IMG/VR virus record: IMGVR_UViG_3300025849_000016
Coordinates: 1-64,000 of that record
DNA length: 64,000 bases
Origin: a virus
Strand: one strand, 5' to 3'
The notes under the pieces: generated by a model
The model's database searches: none
What the model was told of the DNA's origin: nothing
Seen by the model: the letters and a program-made list of their open reading frames with translations, nothing else
In this document: piece by piece, positions 1-9,410 of the stretch
How the letters are laid out: each line of letters starts with the position of its first letter
Numbering within the stretch: the first letter of the stretch is position 1
Program-made: the position numbers and the translations under genes

Positions 1-7
1 GTGTTCT

Positions 8-1102
8 TCATTCATTTGTGGTTGCTTCCTCAATTTGATCAATAGTTGCTTCTTCTTCGTCAACTTCGTCGGTATTTACCACAGGAGCAATTTTTTCTGC
101 GTATTCCGACATAATCAAATCAAGTTTGCCTTCTTGCATCCATGCTTTGCGATATTCAAGAATTTCCTCGCCTGCTAGATTAATATACTTGAGTCGATTG
201 CCTTGCTTTGTCAACAAGCCTTTCTTCTCAAACAATTCAACTAAACCACTGTACGGGTTCATGCCAGTCTCATAAGGAATCTTAACCTGCACACCTTCAA
301 ACGGTTTTGCATAGCGTGTCTTCATTACTTTACAACCAGCACGGATGCCCATAACTTCTGAAATCTTATTGCCGTCTTCGTCCTCTTTAAGTTTCAACTT
401 CTTCATTGCAACAACAATACTTGATGCATAGATAAAGCCTGAGCCACCACTAATCTTGTCATCTGGGTCAAACATATCTTGCGATGCATATGTGTGGTTA
501 GTACATACTAGTCCGACGTTCAATGAGCCGATCATGTTAACAGTATTACGGACTAATGAAGTTAGTGCTTTAGGCTTACGACCCATATCACCTTTCATAT
601 CACCCTTGTTAAACTGATCAACATCAGTAGGTGTTAGCAACATACCCAAACTGTCAATTACAAACAATACTTTAGGACGATCTTCTTCATCCATTGCTTT
701 AAAGTCTGTAATAAATGTTGAGATAGTTTTTGCTACATCATCAATCATTGACATGTTAAGTTTAAGAAGTTTTTCTTCACTTGTGTCAACGTCAAGAGCC
801 TGTAGCCAGCTCTCATCAAGTGCGTTCTCTGAGTCAATTAGTACTACAAAGATGCCTTGATCCTGTGCGTGTTTTACAATGTTACCTGAACAGAAATACG
901 ATTTGCCTGCTCCTGATTCACCTGCAAACACAGTAACCTTACCTAGCGGAACACCTTTGTGAAAGTCTCCTGAGATAAGATAGTTTAGTGCATATGATCC
1001 TGTTGAAATCCAATCAGTAGGATCGTTAAATCCAGCACTCATGCCTGAGATACTTTTAGTCAAGTCCTTGCGGAACTTGCTAACATCAAACGATTTAGCC
1101 AT
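8..1102 (-). CDS. uvsX: RecA-family recombinase (T4 UvsX-like)
   Basis: Walker A GESGAGKS, Walker B-like VLFVIDS, DSENALD, NHTY and ISGGSGFIYASS motifs; AGGAG RBS; adjacent to gp32. Confidence 0.95.
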   Translation of the reverse strand: MAKSFDVSKFRKDLTKSISGMSAGFNDPTDWISTGSYALNYLISGDFHKGVPLGKVTVFAGESGAGKSYFCSGNIVKHAQDQGIFVVLIDSENALDESWLQALDVDTSEEKLLKLNMSMIDDVAKTISTFITDFKAMDEEDRPKVLFVIDSLGMLLTPTDVDQFNKGDMKGDMGRKPKALTSLVRNTVNMIGSLNVGLVCTNHTYASQDMFDPDDKISGGSGFIYASSIVVAMKKLKLKEDEDGNKISEVMGIRAGCKVMKTRYAKPFEGVQVKIPYETGMNPYSGLVELFEKKGLLTKQGNRLKYINLAGEEILEYRKAWMQEGKLDLIMSEYAEKIAPVVNTDEVDEEEATIDQIEEATTNE

Positions 1103-1125
1103 TAAATTCTCCTAATAAATCTGTA

Positions 1126-1163
1126 AAGTAAAAAGGGTTGCTCTATTAAAAAGCAACCCTTTT
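1126..1163 (-). terminator. Intrinsic terminator downstream of the gp32 gene
   Basis: 12-bp inverted repeat aaaagggttgct (1131-1142) / agcaaccctttt (1152-1163), T-rich tail on the minus strand. Confidence 0.8.
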
Positions 1164-1172
1164 CAGTTGTTC

Positions 1173-2168
1173 TTACCCTTGACGTGCTCTAATCATTGCT
1201 AGAATGTCATTTGCATCACCACCAGTAGCTGCTGCTGCCGGCGCTGCTGCTGCTACTTCTTCATTTGATTTAAAAGGAACATCCTCTACTACTGGTGTTG
1301 CTTGAGTAGTAGGTGGAGCACTTTGACTTGTAGCAGTTGCATGTACACTTGGCTTTGTATTTGGATCGCCTGTACGTGCTGCCATTCCTGCTGGACGGAA
1401 GTATTGTCCCCAACGATCTGCATCATATGCTTCGCCGTCTACTGATGCTTCGAACATTTCTTGCATCACTTTAACTTCAATCTCACCTGGCTTCTTAGGT
1501 AAGAAATCGTTGAGATTAAACAGTCCATGTGTATTTACTGCTGCCATCTCTGCATCACCTAGCGGACGATCTCGACGTGCCCAGTTAGATGTTGAATAGT
1601 CTGCATAACCGCCTTTTGATGTTTTGTTAAGACGGAAGTCTACACCAGCAGTATAATCTGTTGGCAATTCTTCCATATCTGGATCCATAAGTGCTTGTTT
1701 AATGATCTGGAAGATTTGTGGACCAATAATAAAGCGTCGAATTGGATTCTCAGGTGCTTCGTCATCAGTAAGTGGATTGTCTGTTACAAATCCTTGGAAG
1801 ATATATGAACGCTTCTTCCAGTATTTACGACCCATATCTTCTAGTGAAGGGTCTTTAAACCAGCCACGTACTTCTTGTAGGATAGAACAGCTATCGCCAT
1901 ACATTTCCATGCAAGGTACTTGAACTTGAACAGGTTTACTACCTGTATCTCCTTTTACCCCTGCAAATGGTAATTTGATCATCAAACGTTCGACCCAGAA
2001 AAAAGTATTATCTGGGTTACCGTCTGGAAGGAAACGTAGTGTTGCACTGGTTCCTTCTTGCATATTCCAAAATGGGTAAATTGGGTTTGGACCTTGTGGT
2101 CCTCTGTTGCCGCTTGCGCCGGCTTCTTGTTCTTTGAGCTTTGCTCGGATTTCTGCTAATGATGCCAT
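1173..2168 (-). CDS. Single-stranded DNA-binding protein (T4 gp32-like)
   Basis: LRFLPD, PC..MYGDSC, YWKKRSY, GVDFRLNKT..GGYADYSTSNW motifs; Ala-rich linker and C-terminal tail; GGAGG RBS. Confidence 0.9.
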   Translation of the reverse strand: MASLAEIRAKLKEQEAGASGNRGPQGPNPIYPFWNMQEGTSATLRFLPDGNPDNTFFWVERLMIKLPFAGVKGDTGSKPVQVQVPCMEMYGDSCSILQEVRGWFKDPSLEDMGRKYWKKRSYIFQGFVTDNPLTDDEAPENPIRRFIIGPQIFQIIKQALMDPDMEELPTDYTAGVDFRLNKTSKGGYADYSTSNWARRDRPLGDAEMAAVNTHGLFNLNDFLPKKPGEIEVKVMQEMFEASVDGEAYDADRWGQYFRPAGMAARTGDPNTKPSVHATATSQSAPPTTQATPVVEDVPFKSNEEVAAAAPAAAATGGDANDILAMIRARQG

Positions 2169-2236
2169 AGTTAATGCCTCCTATAATGTTGCCTATGTCT
2201 TTGTTGTTGTGCCTTTTGTTTGCAGCACATATATAT

Positions 2237-2265
2237 ACTATACACGCTACAAACGGTTTTGTCAA
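2237..2265 (-). promoter_or_regulatory. Sigma70-type promoter for the gp32-uvsX genes
   Basis: Minus strand TTGACA-17 nt-TATAGT. Confidence 0.8.
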
Positions 2266-2277
2266 GTGATTTTTAAA

Positions 2278-3771
2278 TTAAATTCCAGATAATTTAAAAA
2301 TGTCACTTTGTTCGTTGTTCATACGTTCGTGTTGTACAAAAGTTTTATGTACTTGTTCAATAAACGAATGAGCAGGTCGAACATACTCGTCTCCATAGTC
2401 TTTTTCAACCATAGTTAGAATTGCTGTTTCCCCTTTTGGGAATGATCCTGTTTCTCTATCGTAATACGATAGAATAAATTCACCTAGTGGTGTTTTTGGC
2501 TTTTCAGTAGCCATCTGTTGTTGTGGTGCTGCATTTGTTTCTGGTGGACATTCGTCTACATCTGCATTACAGTTACAATGTTTACAGTCTGGTGGACAAT
2601 CGCAATCTTCTGCTTTAGTATCACTTCCGCAACACTTGTCAGAACAGTGTGTGTCTCTTTCTGCTTCGTTTGCTTCACTGAACTGACCCATAAGTCCTTC
2701 CATTGCATCTTCTAAATCTGCTTCTTCTTTGGGCTGTTCTGCCTTACTATGTTTCTTTGCGCTTGAGTCGGCTATAAGAGCTGATTCATCTACTAAGTCA
2801 TCTGGACCTAGTTCTGTTGCCTTTGTTGCTTCACTTACTAGTTTATAAATGTACGGAAATATATCTGACAGTTCTTCATTAAATAATTTAATAGTTAATT
2901 GATCAGTCCAGTTTTCTGCTACATCTACAGGTACTTCTTCCATTACAACTGTCTCAAAATTTGCAATTGCTTCTGCATAGTAATTTGGCTTTTGAAGTGA
3001 TTCAATTGTCTTTTTAACGGATTTCATACGTGTTGTTACTGCATCCATATAGCCTGAAAGTCCTTCTGCCATTACAGCAGAGCGGCCCATATATGTTTTA
3101 AATTTACGTAACTTTGCCATTTCTTCTGATAACCCAGTAATGTGTTTTCCAAAGTCATCATACGCATTACCGCCTTCAGCAACATGTCGAGCCATTGCTC
3201 TTGCTGCACTTAAATGCTTAAATGGATATAAGAAACGTTCGCCTTCTGGTGACTCTACATAAATCTTTCCAATGCTTCTATTACGCCCTGTAGGCGAAGT
3301 TTGATCAATGCTTTCATTGTGTTTAATAATTAGTCTGGCTTCTCCGACATCTTGATAACTTATCTTAGATGTGCCATATAATTTTGATTCTGTCATGTTA
3401 TCCTCTCCGGCATTTTTTGCTAGAAATCTATAGTCTCTTTTTTGTAGATTACTTTTTGTAATATCTCTTGTATCGAAATTTAATAAACGTTTTTTAGCAA
3501 ACTGTCTTAGTTCTCTTAAGAAACTATACCAATCATTTAATTCTTGGTCGTTTTCTCCAGCAAGTATATCAGCACCGTGCATTACTACTAGCCCGTCTTT
3601 CTCATCTAGACTTAGACTTACTTTACCCTTGCTTTTATAATCAAATTCAATAAAACGTGCTTCGCTAGGATTATTTGTAATCATACCTTCTTCAGTGCCA
3701 ATAGTTACACTTGGAAAGCGACCTCTAATCTTCGCAAATAGTTCTTCGCTTATTTTTTCTAAGTTTTGCAT
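2278..3771 (-). CDS. Hypothetical acidic phage protein (possible head/virion protein) with a short Cys-rich insert
   Basis: 497-aa ORF, late-promoter motif 4 nt before the ATG, directly downstream of the terminase; function not recognised. Confidence 0.6.
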   Translation of the reverse strand: MQNLEKISEELFAKIRGRFPSVTIGTEEGMITNNPSEARFIEFDYKSKGKVSLSLDEKDGLVVMHGADILAGENDQELNDWYSFLRELRQFAKKRLLNFDTRDITKSNLQKRDYRFLAKNAGEDNMTESKLYGTSKISYQDVGEARLIIKHNESIDQTSPTGRNRSIGKIYVESPEGERFLYPFKHLSAARAMARHVAEGGNAYDDFGKHITGLSEEMAKLRKFKTYMGRSAVMAEGLSGYMDAVTTRMKSVKKTIESLQKPNYYAEAIANFETVVMEEVPVDVAENWTDQLTIKLFNEELSDIFPYIYKLVSEATKATELGPDDLVDESALIADSSAKKHSKAEQPKEEADLEDAMEGLMGQFSEANEAERDTHCSDKCCGSDTKAEDCDCPPDCKHCNCNADVDECPPETNAAPQQQMATEKPKTPLGEFILSYYDRETGSFPKGETAILTMVEKDYGDEYVRPAHSFIEQVHKTFVQHERMNNEQSDIFKLSGI

Positions 3772-3775
3772 AATG

Positions 3776-3783
3776 TATTTATC
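3776..3783 (-). promoter_or_regulatory. T4-late-like promoter (GATAAATA), probably leaderless mRNA
   Basis: Minus strand GATAAATA-CATT-ATG, overlapping the terminase stop codon. Confidence 0.7.
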
Positions 3784-5362
3784 AATAGTTGGTACTTATA
3801 AAGATTGGCATTGGCGCTTCGTAATCTTCAATATCTTCAGCTTGTGTAAACGAATTATATATTCTTGGATCCCAGTCTTTAAGAACTGCCATCATTCTAA
3901 TACAAAGCAAAGTAGCACTAATAAGATCATCTGTTTGTCCTAGTTTTGCATTGTAACTTGATCCTGTTGCAACATAGTTTTTTAATTCAGATATAAATGG
4001 TTTACTATGTATAATCATTTTATCATTTTCTATCATTGTTTTTAATCTACTACATGCTGATATTTTTGTACCGTGTGTAGTATTAAAGCCTTTTCTAAAT
4101 TTACGCACATGGCCTTTACGTATTGGTTCGCTTACAAATAATCCAGGTATATTTTCTTCACCAAAATCGTTAATAACTATTAATGCAGCTTCACCTAGCC
4201 CATTATTTTCTACACTCCAATAGATTCCATTTTGATTATTAGTTTCTTGTACAAGGTAATTACATATATCTGCAAGAACTCTTATTTGTCCAGGTATAGC
4301 TGTAGTATTATGTTGCCATTCGGCTACCTGTTCATAGCTAGGCAATTCAAATACTTGTATAGCTGCATTATCACCTCCTGTTCCCATTGAAGGGTCTAAT
4401 GCTACAGCATATGTAAATTCACCTGATGGTTTTTTATACCAACGTGTTTGCCCCATATTTACAAGTGGCTTATTGCCTTCCATTACTGAAAGTTTTAAAC
4501 TATTAATTAATGTTTCATCGTATACTAAGAATTCACAACCGTATTCACGTCTAAATTTTTCTTCACCAATACGTCCAAGTTCTTCTTCTTTCCATTGTTC
4601 GTCTCTATCCGGATGTTCCCACCAATCCGATCTAAAACTATGAAATCCATTTCGACCAACTTCTTGTTCATTGCCATGTTCATCAAACTTATCTTCTGCT
4701 TGTTTCCATATAGTAGCAAATGTATCTTCGTCACTGTTTGGTGTGCTTGTAATAATAGCACGACCACCTGTTGCAAGTGTAGGTGATATCGAAGTCCAAA
4801 ACTCTTCCGCAATATTAGGTTGCACAAATGCAAACTCGTCACAGTATAATAGCGAGATACTCATACCACGTCCTGTGTTGCCTGTAGTTGTTTGACTTAC
4901 AATCCTACTACCATTTTCAAACTCTATGCTACCTTTGTTGTAACTTGTAACACCTGCTCGAATATGGTCTGGACAGCTTTCATATACAAATCTTATACGT
5001 GACATAATCTCTTGCGCACCTGTGTATTTGTGTGCAGCAATAAGCACTGTTTGATCAGGAACAAACATAGCATACCAAGCCAAGTAAATACTAGCACAAG
5101 TTGTCTTACCTGTTTGTCTAGGCATCATATTAATATTAAATCTGTAGCTATGATAACTGTTCATTAATCCTAATTGATATTCGTAAGGATCGTACAACAG
5201 CTTGCCTTGTACAGGATGCTGAATGTAAGCAAAGTTTTCAGCAAAATACAAGTACCCAGTATCTGGGTCCATGCATTTCATAAGCTCTTCTATTTGAACT
5301 TCAGTAAATGTTTCTTTTTTATTCGCCTTTTTAATTAAGACGCCATCTAAACTTGTCGACAT
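3782..5362 (-). CDS. Terminase large subunit (T4 gp17-like)
   Basis: Walker A MPRQTGKTT, Walker B LLYCDEFAF, coupling motif ITSTPN, nuclease motifs VALDPS..G.D, VENN, DDLI. Start moved to the ATG at 5362 (MSTSLDG), 4 nt after a late promoter. Confidence 0.97.
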   Translation of the reverse strand: MSTSLDGVLIKKANKKETFTEVQIEELMKCMDPDTGYLYFAENFAYIQHPVQGKLLYDPYEYQLGLMNSYHSYRFNINMMPRQTGKTTCASIYLAWYAMFVPDQTVLIAAHKYTGAQEIMSRIRFVYESCPDHIRAGVTSYNKGSIEFENGSRIVSQTTTGNTGRGMSISLLYCDEFAFVQPNIAEEFWTSISPTLATGGRAIITSTPNSDEDTFATIWKQAEDKFDEHGNEQEVGRNGFHSFRSDWWEHPDRDEQWKEEELGRIGEEKFRREYGCEFLVYDETLINSLKLSVMEGNKPLVNMGQTRWYKKPSGEFTYAVALDPSMGTGGDNAAIQVFELPSYEQVAEWQHNTTAIPGQIRVLADICNYLVQETNNQNGIYWSVENNGLGEAALIVINDFGEENIPGLFVSEPIRKGHVRKFRKGFNTTHGTKISACSRLKTMIENDKMIIHSKPFISELKNYVATGSSYNAKLGQTDDLISATLLCIRMMAVLKDWDPRIYNSFTQAEDIEDYEAPMPIFISTNY

Positions 5363-5366
5363 AATG

Positions 5367-5374
5367 TATTTACT
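5367..5374 (-). promoter_or_regulatory. T4-late-like promoter (AGTAAATA), probably leaderless terminase mRNA
   Basis: Minus strand AGTAAATA-CATT-ATG, same spacer as at 3776. Confidence 0.7.
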
Positions 5375-5375
5375 C

Positions 5376-5402
5376 AAAAGAATAGCGCCCGTAGGCGCTA
5401 TT
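5376..5402 (-). terminator. Intrinsic terminator with C(UACG)G tetraloop
   Basis: Minus strand AATAGCGCC-TACG-GGCGCTATT-CTTTT. Confidence 0.8.
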
Positions 5403-5418
5403 GAGTACTCTGGGGGGT

Positions 5419-6204
5419 TTAATCACACTTGCATGAACCTGGTTCACCACGCTTCTTACCAGCAACTTTTGTACAGCCTTTCCAGCACTTCTTGTAGATT
5501 TCGCTGTTGCCGTGACGCTTACCTTCTGGTAAGTTTGCTAATTCTTTTTTCTCGGAAGCAGTTAACATTGCATTACCGCACTCGTTACATGTTCCTTCTT
5601 TCATTTCATTTAAAGCATCCCATAATCTTGCTTTAATTGAATCTTCTAGTGCCATTGGATTGTCGCCATCGGCTGCTTTTTTGTATGCTTTCTTTTCGCG
5701 GTTTAATCCACCTGACAAATCTTTTGTCATTGTTTGTGTATCTGCATACTCTTCGTCTGGCTCGTTAGCATAATCGTCGTCTAATTTATGTGCTGTGTCT
5801 TTGTTCATTTTTACTGGGTGCATTTTTCCTGATCCTGGAGGAAATTCAAATTCACTTTTATGTGCTCTTGCTGCTGCCGCTGCTGCTTGATTGTATGCAT
5901 TTTCGTCTACTTCTTCTTCACCTACTTCTTCTTCAGCTCTGTTTACAATACTAGAAAAGTTTTCCATATCTGTACGCATATCATTTGCGCCTTTTAATGG
6001 CATTGGAGGCATCTCTGGCATGTCGTCTGGCCCTACTGTATGCGCATGATCTGCACCTGCTGCACCCTTGACAATATCTAATAGTCTTCCAACTTCATCT
6101 GCGCTATCTGCGTTCATTGAAATATTCATAGAAGCCATTTCTTTAAGTTCTTTTTTTTGTGAATCAATACTGTTCATTGATTCTATTATTTTTTTCATGT
6201 CCAT
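5419..6204 (-). CDS. Hypothetical acidic low-complexity protein (possible internal head protein) with Cys-rich C-terminus
   Basis: 261 aa, Glu/Asp/Met-rich, CNEC...CWKGC...CKC at the C-terminus; GGGGAG RBS. Confidence 0.55.
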   Translation of the reverse strand: MDMKKIIESMNSIDSQKKELKEMASMNISMNADSADEVGRLLDIVKGAAGADHAHTVGPDDMPEMPPMPLKGANDMRTDMENFSSIVNRAEEEVGEEEVDENAYNQAAAAAARAHKSEFEFPPGSGKMHPVKMNKDTAHKLDDDYANEPDEEYADTQTMTKDLSGGLNREKKAYKKAADGDNPMALEDSIKARLWDALNEMKEGTCNECGNAMLTASEKKELANLPEGKRHGNSEIYKKCWKGCTKVAGKKRGEPGSCKCD

Positions 6205-6206
6205 AA

Positions 6207-6764
6207 TTAACTCCCCATAACACTTTTAGTGTTTTCTGTTTCAGTGATGTCTGCTGACTCTCCTGCTGCTACGCCATCTATTGGACTATGATCGTTGTCT
6301 TTACGAGCAGTTTCTAATTCTTTTAACAAGTCCATTACACGATTGTCGCCAACTGATTCTTGAGCGCTTTCGCCGCCCATATCATCTTTGCCTAGAATTG
6401 CTTCATATGGCTCGTCTTTCTTTTCTGCTTGATACTCTTCGGCCATTTCATTAGGATTGCGCACTATTATATGTGTTTGTGGACAACTACAACACTTACT
6501 AATATATTCTTGCATTACTTGTGATGTTGTTGGATAGTTAACTTCTGCTTCAAAGTAAGTAACTTCCATATTTTCTAATTGTGGGAAATCTAATGGACGT
6601 TCTTGTATTGGTGTTTTTTTACCTGTAGACAAATTTGCTAAATTATATTTTTCTAAACAAGTTTCTAACATATCAACAAAGTCTTCAGGTAGTGGTCCTG
6701 CAACACCTATTTTAAAAGGATAACTTTTTTTTGATTCTGTTAAAAATTCTATAAACGATTTCAT
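6207..6764 (-). CDS. Hypothetical phage protein
   Basis: 185-aa ORF; N-terminal MKSFIEFLTES resembles head-targeted proteins of T4-like phages; late promoter at 6789-6796. Confidence 0.6.
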   Translation of the reverse strand: MKSFIEFLTESKKSYPFKIGVAGPLPEDFVDMLETCLEKYNLANLSTGKKTPIQERPLDFPQLENMEVTYFEAEVNYPTTSQVMQEYISKCCSCPQTHIIVRNPNEMAEEYQAEKKDEPYEAILGKDDMGGESAQESVGDNRVMDLLKELETARKDNDHSPIDGVAAGESADITETENTKSVMGS

Positions 6765-6787
6765 TGTCTGATTCCTAATGCTGTATG

Positions 6788-7285
6788 TTATTTATCATTA
6801 TTAATGCCTTTGATGCGTTCTAAGAGACTATTTCTATCAGTAACAACATACCCTTCACCATTAACTATGTCACCATCTCCTGGTGATATGTCTCTATCCA
6901 TTTTTTCTTTTTTAAGTTGCAATTCGATCATTTTTAATTTTTTATCCATCTTAGCAACTTTAGCATCTAATGATGTTTTTAGCATACCGCCAGCAACTTC
7001 AAATACTCTACCACTATAACGACTTTCAACATTCATACCTAAATCCATTAAGTCTTCATATGCACTCATTGCTTTATCAGCAACTTCGTTAAGCTCCTTG
7101 TCAGCCATTTCACCTAAGCCTTTAACAGCAGGTAATGCACTTGCTATTTTATCAAATTCAGCAATATCTCGTAATGTAGATTCTTGTTCTACTACTGCTT
7201 TAGATGATTTAGATTCTTGTTGTGACTCTTCTATTAATTCTTTCGAATCAGGTAAATTTAAAAGCTCTTCTAATTTTTTGGTCAT
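6788..7285 (-). CDS. Putative terminase small subunit (gp16-like)
   Basis: 165 aa, predicted helical, GRVFEVAGGML resembles the gp16 R-x-(F/Y)EV core; close to terL; late promoter at 7310-7317. Confidence 0.55.
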   Translation of the reverse strand: MTKKLEELLNLPDSKELIEESQQESKSSKAVVEQESTLRDIAEFDKIASALPAVKGLGEMADKELNEVADKAMSAYEDLMDLGMNVESRYSGRVFEVAGGMLKTSLDAKVAKMDKKLKMIELQLKKEKMDRDISPGDGDIVNGEGYVVTDRNSLLERIKGINNDK

Positions 7286-7312
7286 TTAACTTCCATTATA
7301 TGCTACTATTAT

Positions 7313-7747
7313 TTATCGTTTACCATTATGAAAAATATCATTTTCTGTAACTACTCTAAAGAATATACCTTTTTGTTTACAGTATACTCTTGCTGCTTCC
7401 CATTTAGCTTGATTAAGAATAAAACTTGCTTGGTTATGTTTACTACGACCAAGTTTTTCTTTAATTGCTTGGTTTGCAGGTTTAACTTCTATTAATTCAA
7501 CTTTTTGTTTTCCATTTTTGTCAGCATATACAATAAAAAAATCTGGGACATATATAGTCTGTTTACCGGTTAGTGGATTTCTATACGGAATTTTTATAGC
7601 TTCACTTGCCCATTGACTTACACTTGCATGTTCATCGCAAAATCTCATAAACGCAAATTCCCAACTGCTTCGATATGTTGGCGTTCTACCACCAACGTAT
7701 TTGGCAGGGTTTTTAAGATTAAATTTACCTTGAGCAAATCGTCCCAT
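7313..7747 (-). CDS. Head completion nuclease (T4 gp4-like, TnsA-N/PD-(D/E)xK fold)
   Basis: QGKF...NPAKY.G, YRSSWE, WASE..KIPY, YVPDF, IEVKP, NQAKWEAA motifs. Confidence 0.9.
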   Translation of the reverse strand: MGRFAQGKFNLKNPAKYVGGRTPTYRSSWEFAFMRFCDEHASVSQWASEAIKIPYRNPLTGKQTIYVPDFFIVYADKNGKQKVELIEVKPANQAIKEKLGRSKHNQASFILNQAKWEAARVYCKQKGIFFRVVTENDIFHNGKR

Positions 7748-8076
7748 TAAACTATTATGTTTCTAGACTCTGTAGTGTTTATTATAGTATCTGTTTTAAC
7801 ACCTAGCTCGCTAGTACGTTGTCCGTTAGCATTTATAACTTCTAAAACAACTTTACTTAATACTGGAGATTCAACTGAACCTAATGTATCTAGTAATTCG
7901 AATATTTTAATGTTATCTAGTTTAGCTTGTTTTAATAAAATTGCCGAAACACTTGCTGCTGACTGAGGTGAAAATCCTCTTTTTTCAAAAAACGCAATAG
8001 TAGCATCAACTTGATTACTTGGAAATGACAGTTGTTTTGTAAAATAATTATCAAAGTATTTTTTTTGATCTTCCAT
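7747..8076 (-). CDS. Hypothetical protein
   Basis: 109-aa ORF with AGGAG RBS, TAAATA at 8093-8098, translationally coupled to the gp4-like gene. Confidence 0.65.
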   Translation of the reverse strand: MEDQKKYFDNYFTKQLSFPSNQVDATIAFFEKRGFSPQSAASVSAILLKQAKLDNIKIFELLDTLGSVESPVLSKVVLEVINANGQRTSELGVKTDTIINTTESRNIIV

Positions 8077-8084
8077 AATTTCTC

Positions 8085-9323
8085 CTATACAGTATTTAAC
8101 GCTGTACTTGCTAATTTTAGAATTTTTGGATTATCAGCTCTTAACGCTGTGTACATTTCATTTAAATAATAATCTTTAGAAGTAGTAGTAAGAGATGCAT
8201 AATTAGTATTACTAGTTGTAAGATTATAATATTTTTCTACAGTATTATTTCTTAAGGTAACATTTTGATTTAATATGTTAATAATATGATTATTATCATA
8301 AGTTCTTAAATTTGTTTTATTTTGTACTGCTGCTGTTGTTTGTTTTGTATTTTTAGGACTTGAGAAAAATACACCATTGATACCAATATTATCTTTATTA
8401 TTTTGTTGATTAAATATTGTTTCTAATCCGTTAGGACGATGCCCTTCTAATGACAAGTCCCTAGTGTTAGTATATGCATCTAAAGTTTCGGTTAGTGTAT
8501 TACTATATGACGGATTGTGTTGTGTATACATTTTATCTTCAAATTTCTTAGATAAATTGTTAACCATAGATCCTGGACCTTCGTTAAGTGTATCACTATT
8601 ATTACCAATGAAACTTTTTTCTTGATCGTAATGTTCAGGTGTTGCAAATCCTTTAGGTGCACTACCTTCTACAATATCACCTGTTTCGTATTTTACAGCT
8701 TCATACTGTAATTGCATAGTACTTTCTAATACTTCACTTCCTGCACTTGCATCAACACTATCATGTTGCCAGCCTGTAATCTTTGGCATTATTAAATGTG
8801 CAGTGTGATGAGTGTGTCTACTTAATTCACTTATGCTTATACGTGTAAAAAAAGGTTCGTCACTGCCGTTATCTAATCCGTATTTTTTTGGTCCTAGTGG
8901 TTTATAAACATTATTGGTTGGATATAAACTTTGACTATCAGCAAAATAATAATCATAATATGCTTGCCACAATCTAGTAGTAACACCTTCATTGTCATCG
9001 TGGAATCTAATCACAACTGGTGAATAATCTAGTCTTGTATGCACAATTTTTTTTCTATTATATTGTTGTTTTGTTTCTGTTTCTATATCAAACTTAGGTA
9101 AGTCAGCATACTTAGCAAGTAAACTTATTTCATTGCCATGTTTTTCTACAAAGCCACCTGCTACTGAACTATTAATAGTAAAACTTACATGATATAAAAA
9201 TTTATGTTTAGGAGCAAGTCTATAAAAATTATCTACAAATGTGTGACTGCCGTGCCAATAGTCAGCAAATGTAACTTCGCTTTGATTATTAGTTGATCCG
9301 TATTTGGTTGTCTTGTTTGCCAT
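8085..9323 (-). CDS. Tail-tube-like baseplate/tube initiator protein (gp48/gp54-like)
   Basis: N-terminal half has the tube-fold pattern (LPKF..ET..QYNRK....T..Y.PV.I.FHDD; MQLQYE); directly downstream of the tube gene; GATAAATA 5 nt before the ATG (9329-9336). Confidence 0.6.
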   Translation of the reverse strand: MANKTTKYGSTNNQSEVTFADYWHGSHTFVDNFYRLAPKHKFLYHVSFTINSSVAGGFVEKHGNEISLLAKYADLPKFDIETETKQQYNRKKIVHTRLDYSPVVIRFHDDNEGVTTRLWQAYYDYYFADSQSLYPTNNVYKPLGPKKYGLDNGSDEPFFTRISISELSRHTHHTAHLIMPKITGWQHDSVDASAGSEVLESTMQLQYEAVKYETGDIVEGSAPKGFATPEHYDQEKSFIGNNSDTLNEGPGSMVNNLSKKFEDKMYTQHNPSYSNTLTETLDAYTNTRDLSLEGHRPNGLETIFNQQNNKDNIGINGVFFSSPKNTKQTTAAVQNKTNLRTYDNNHIINILNQNVTLRNNTVEKYYNLTTSNTNYASLTTTSKDYYLNEMYTALRADNPKILKLASTALNTV

Positions 9324-9360
9324 ACTAATATTTATCTTAATTATTAAGTGGGTATATAAT

Positions 9361-9386
9361 AAAAAAGGAGCCCTAAAGCTCCTTTT
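9361..9386 (-). terminator. Intrinsic terminator after the tail tube gene
   Basis: Minus strand AAAAGGAGC-TTTAGG-GCTCCTTTTTT. Confidence 0.85.
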
Positions 9387-9410
9387 AAATATTAATTGTA
9401 TCAGTTTTAG

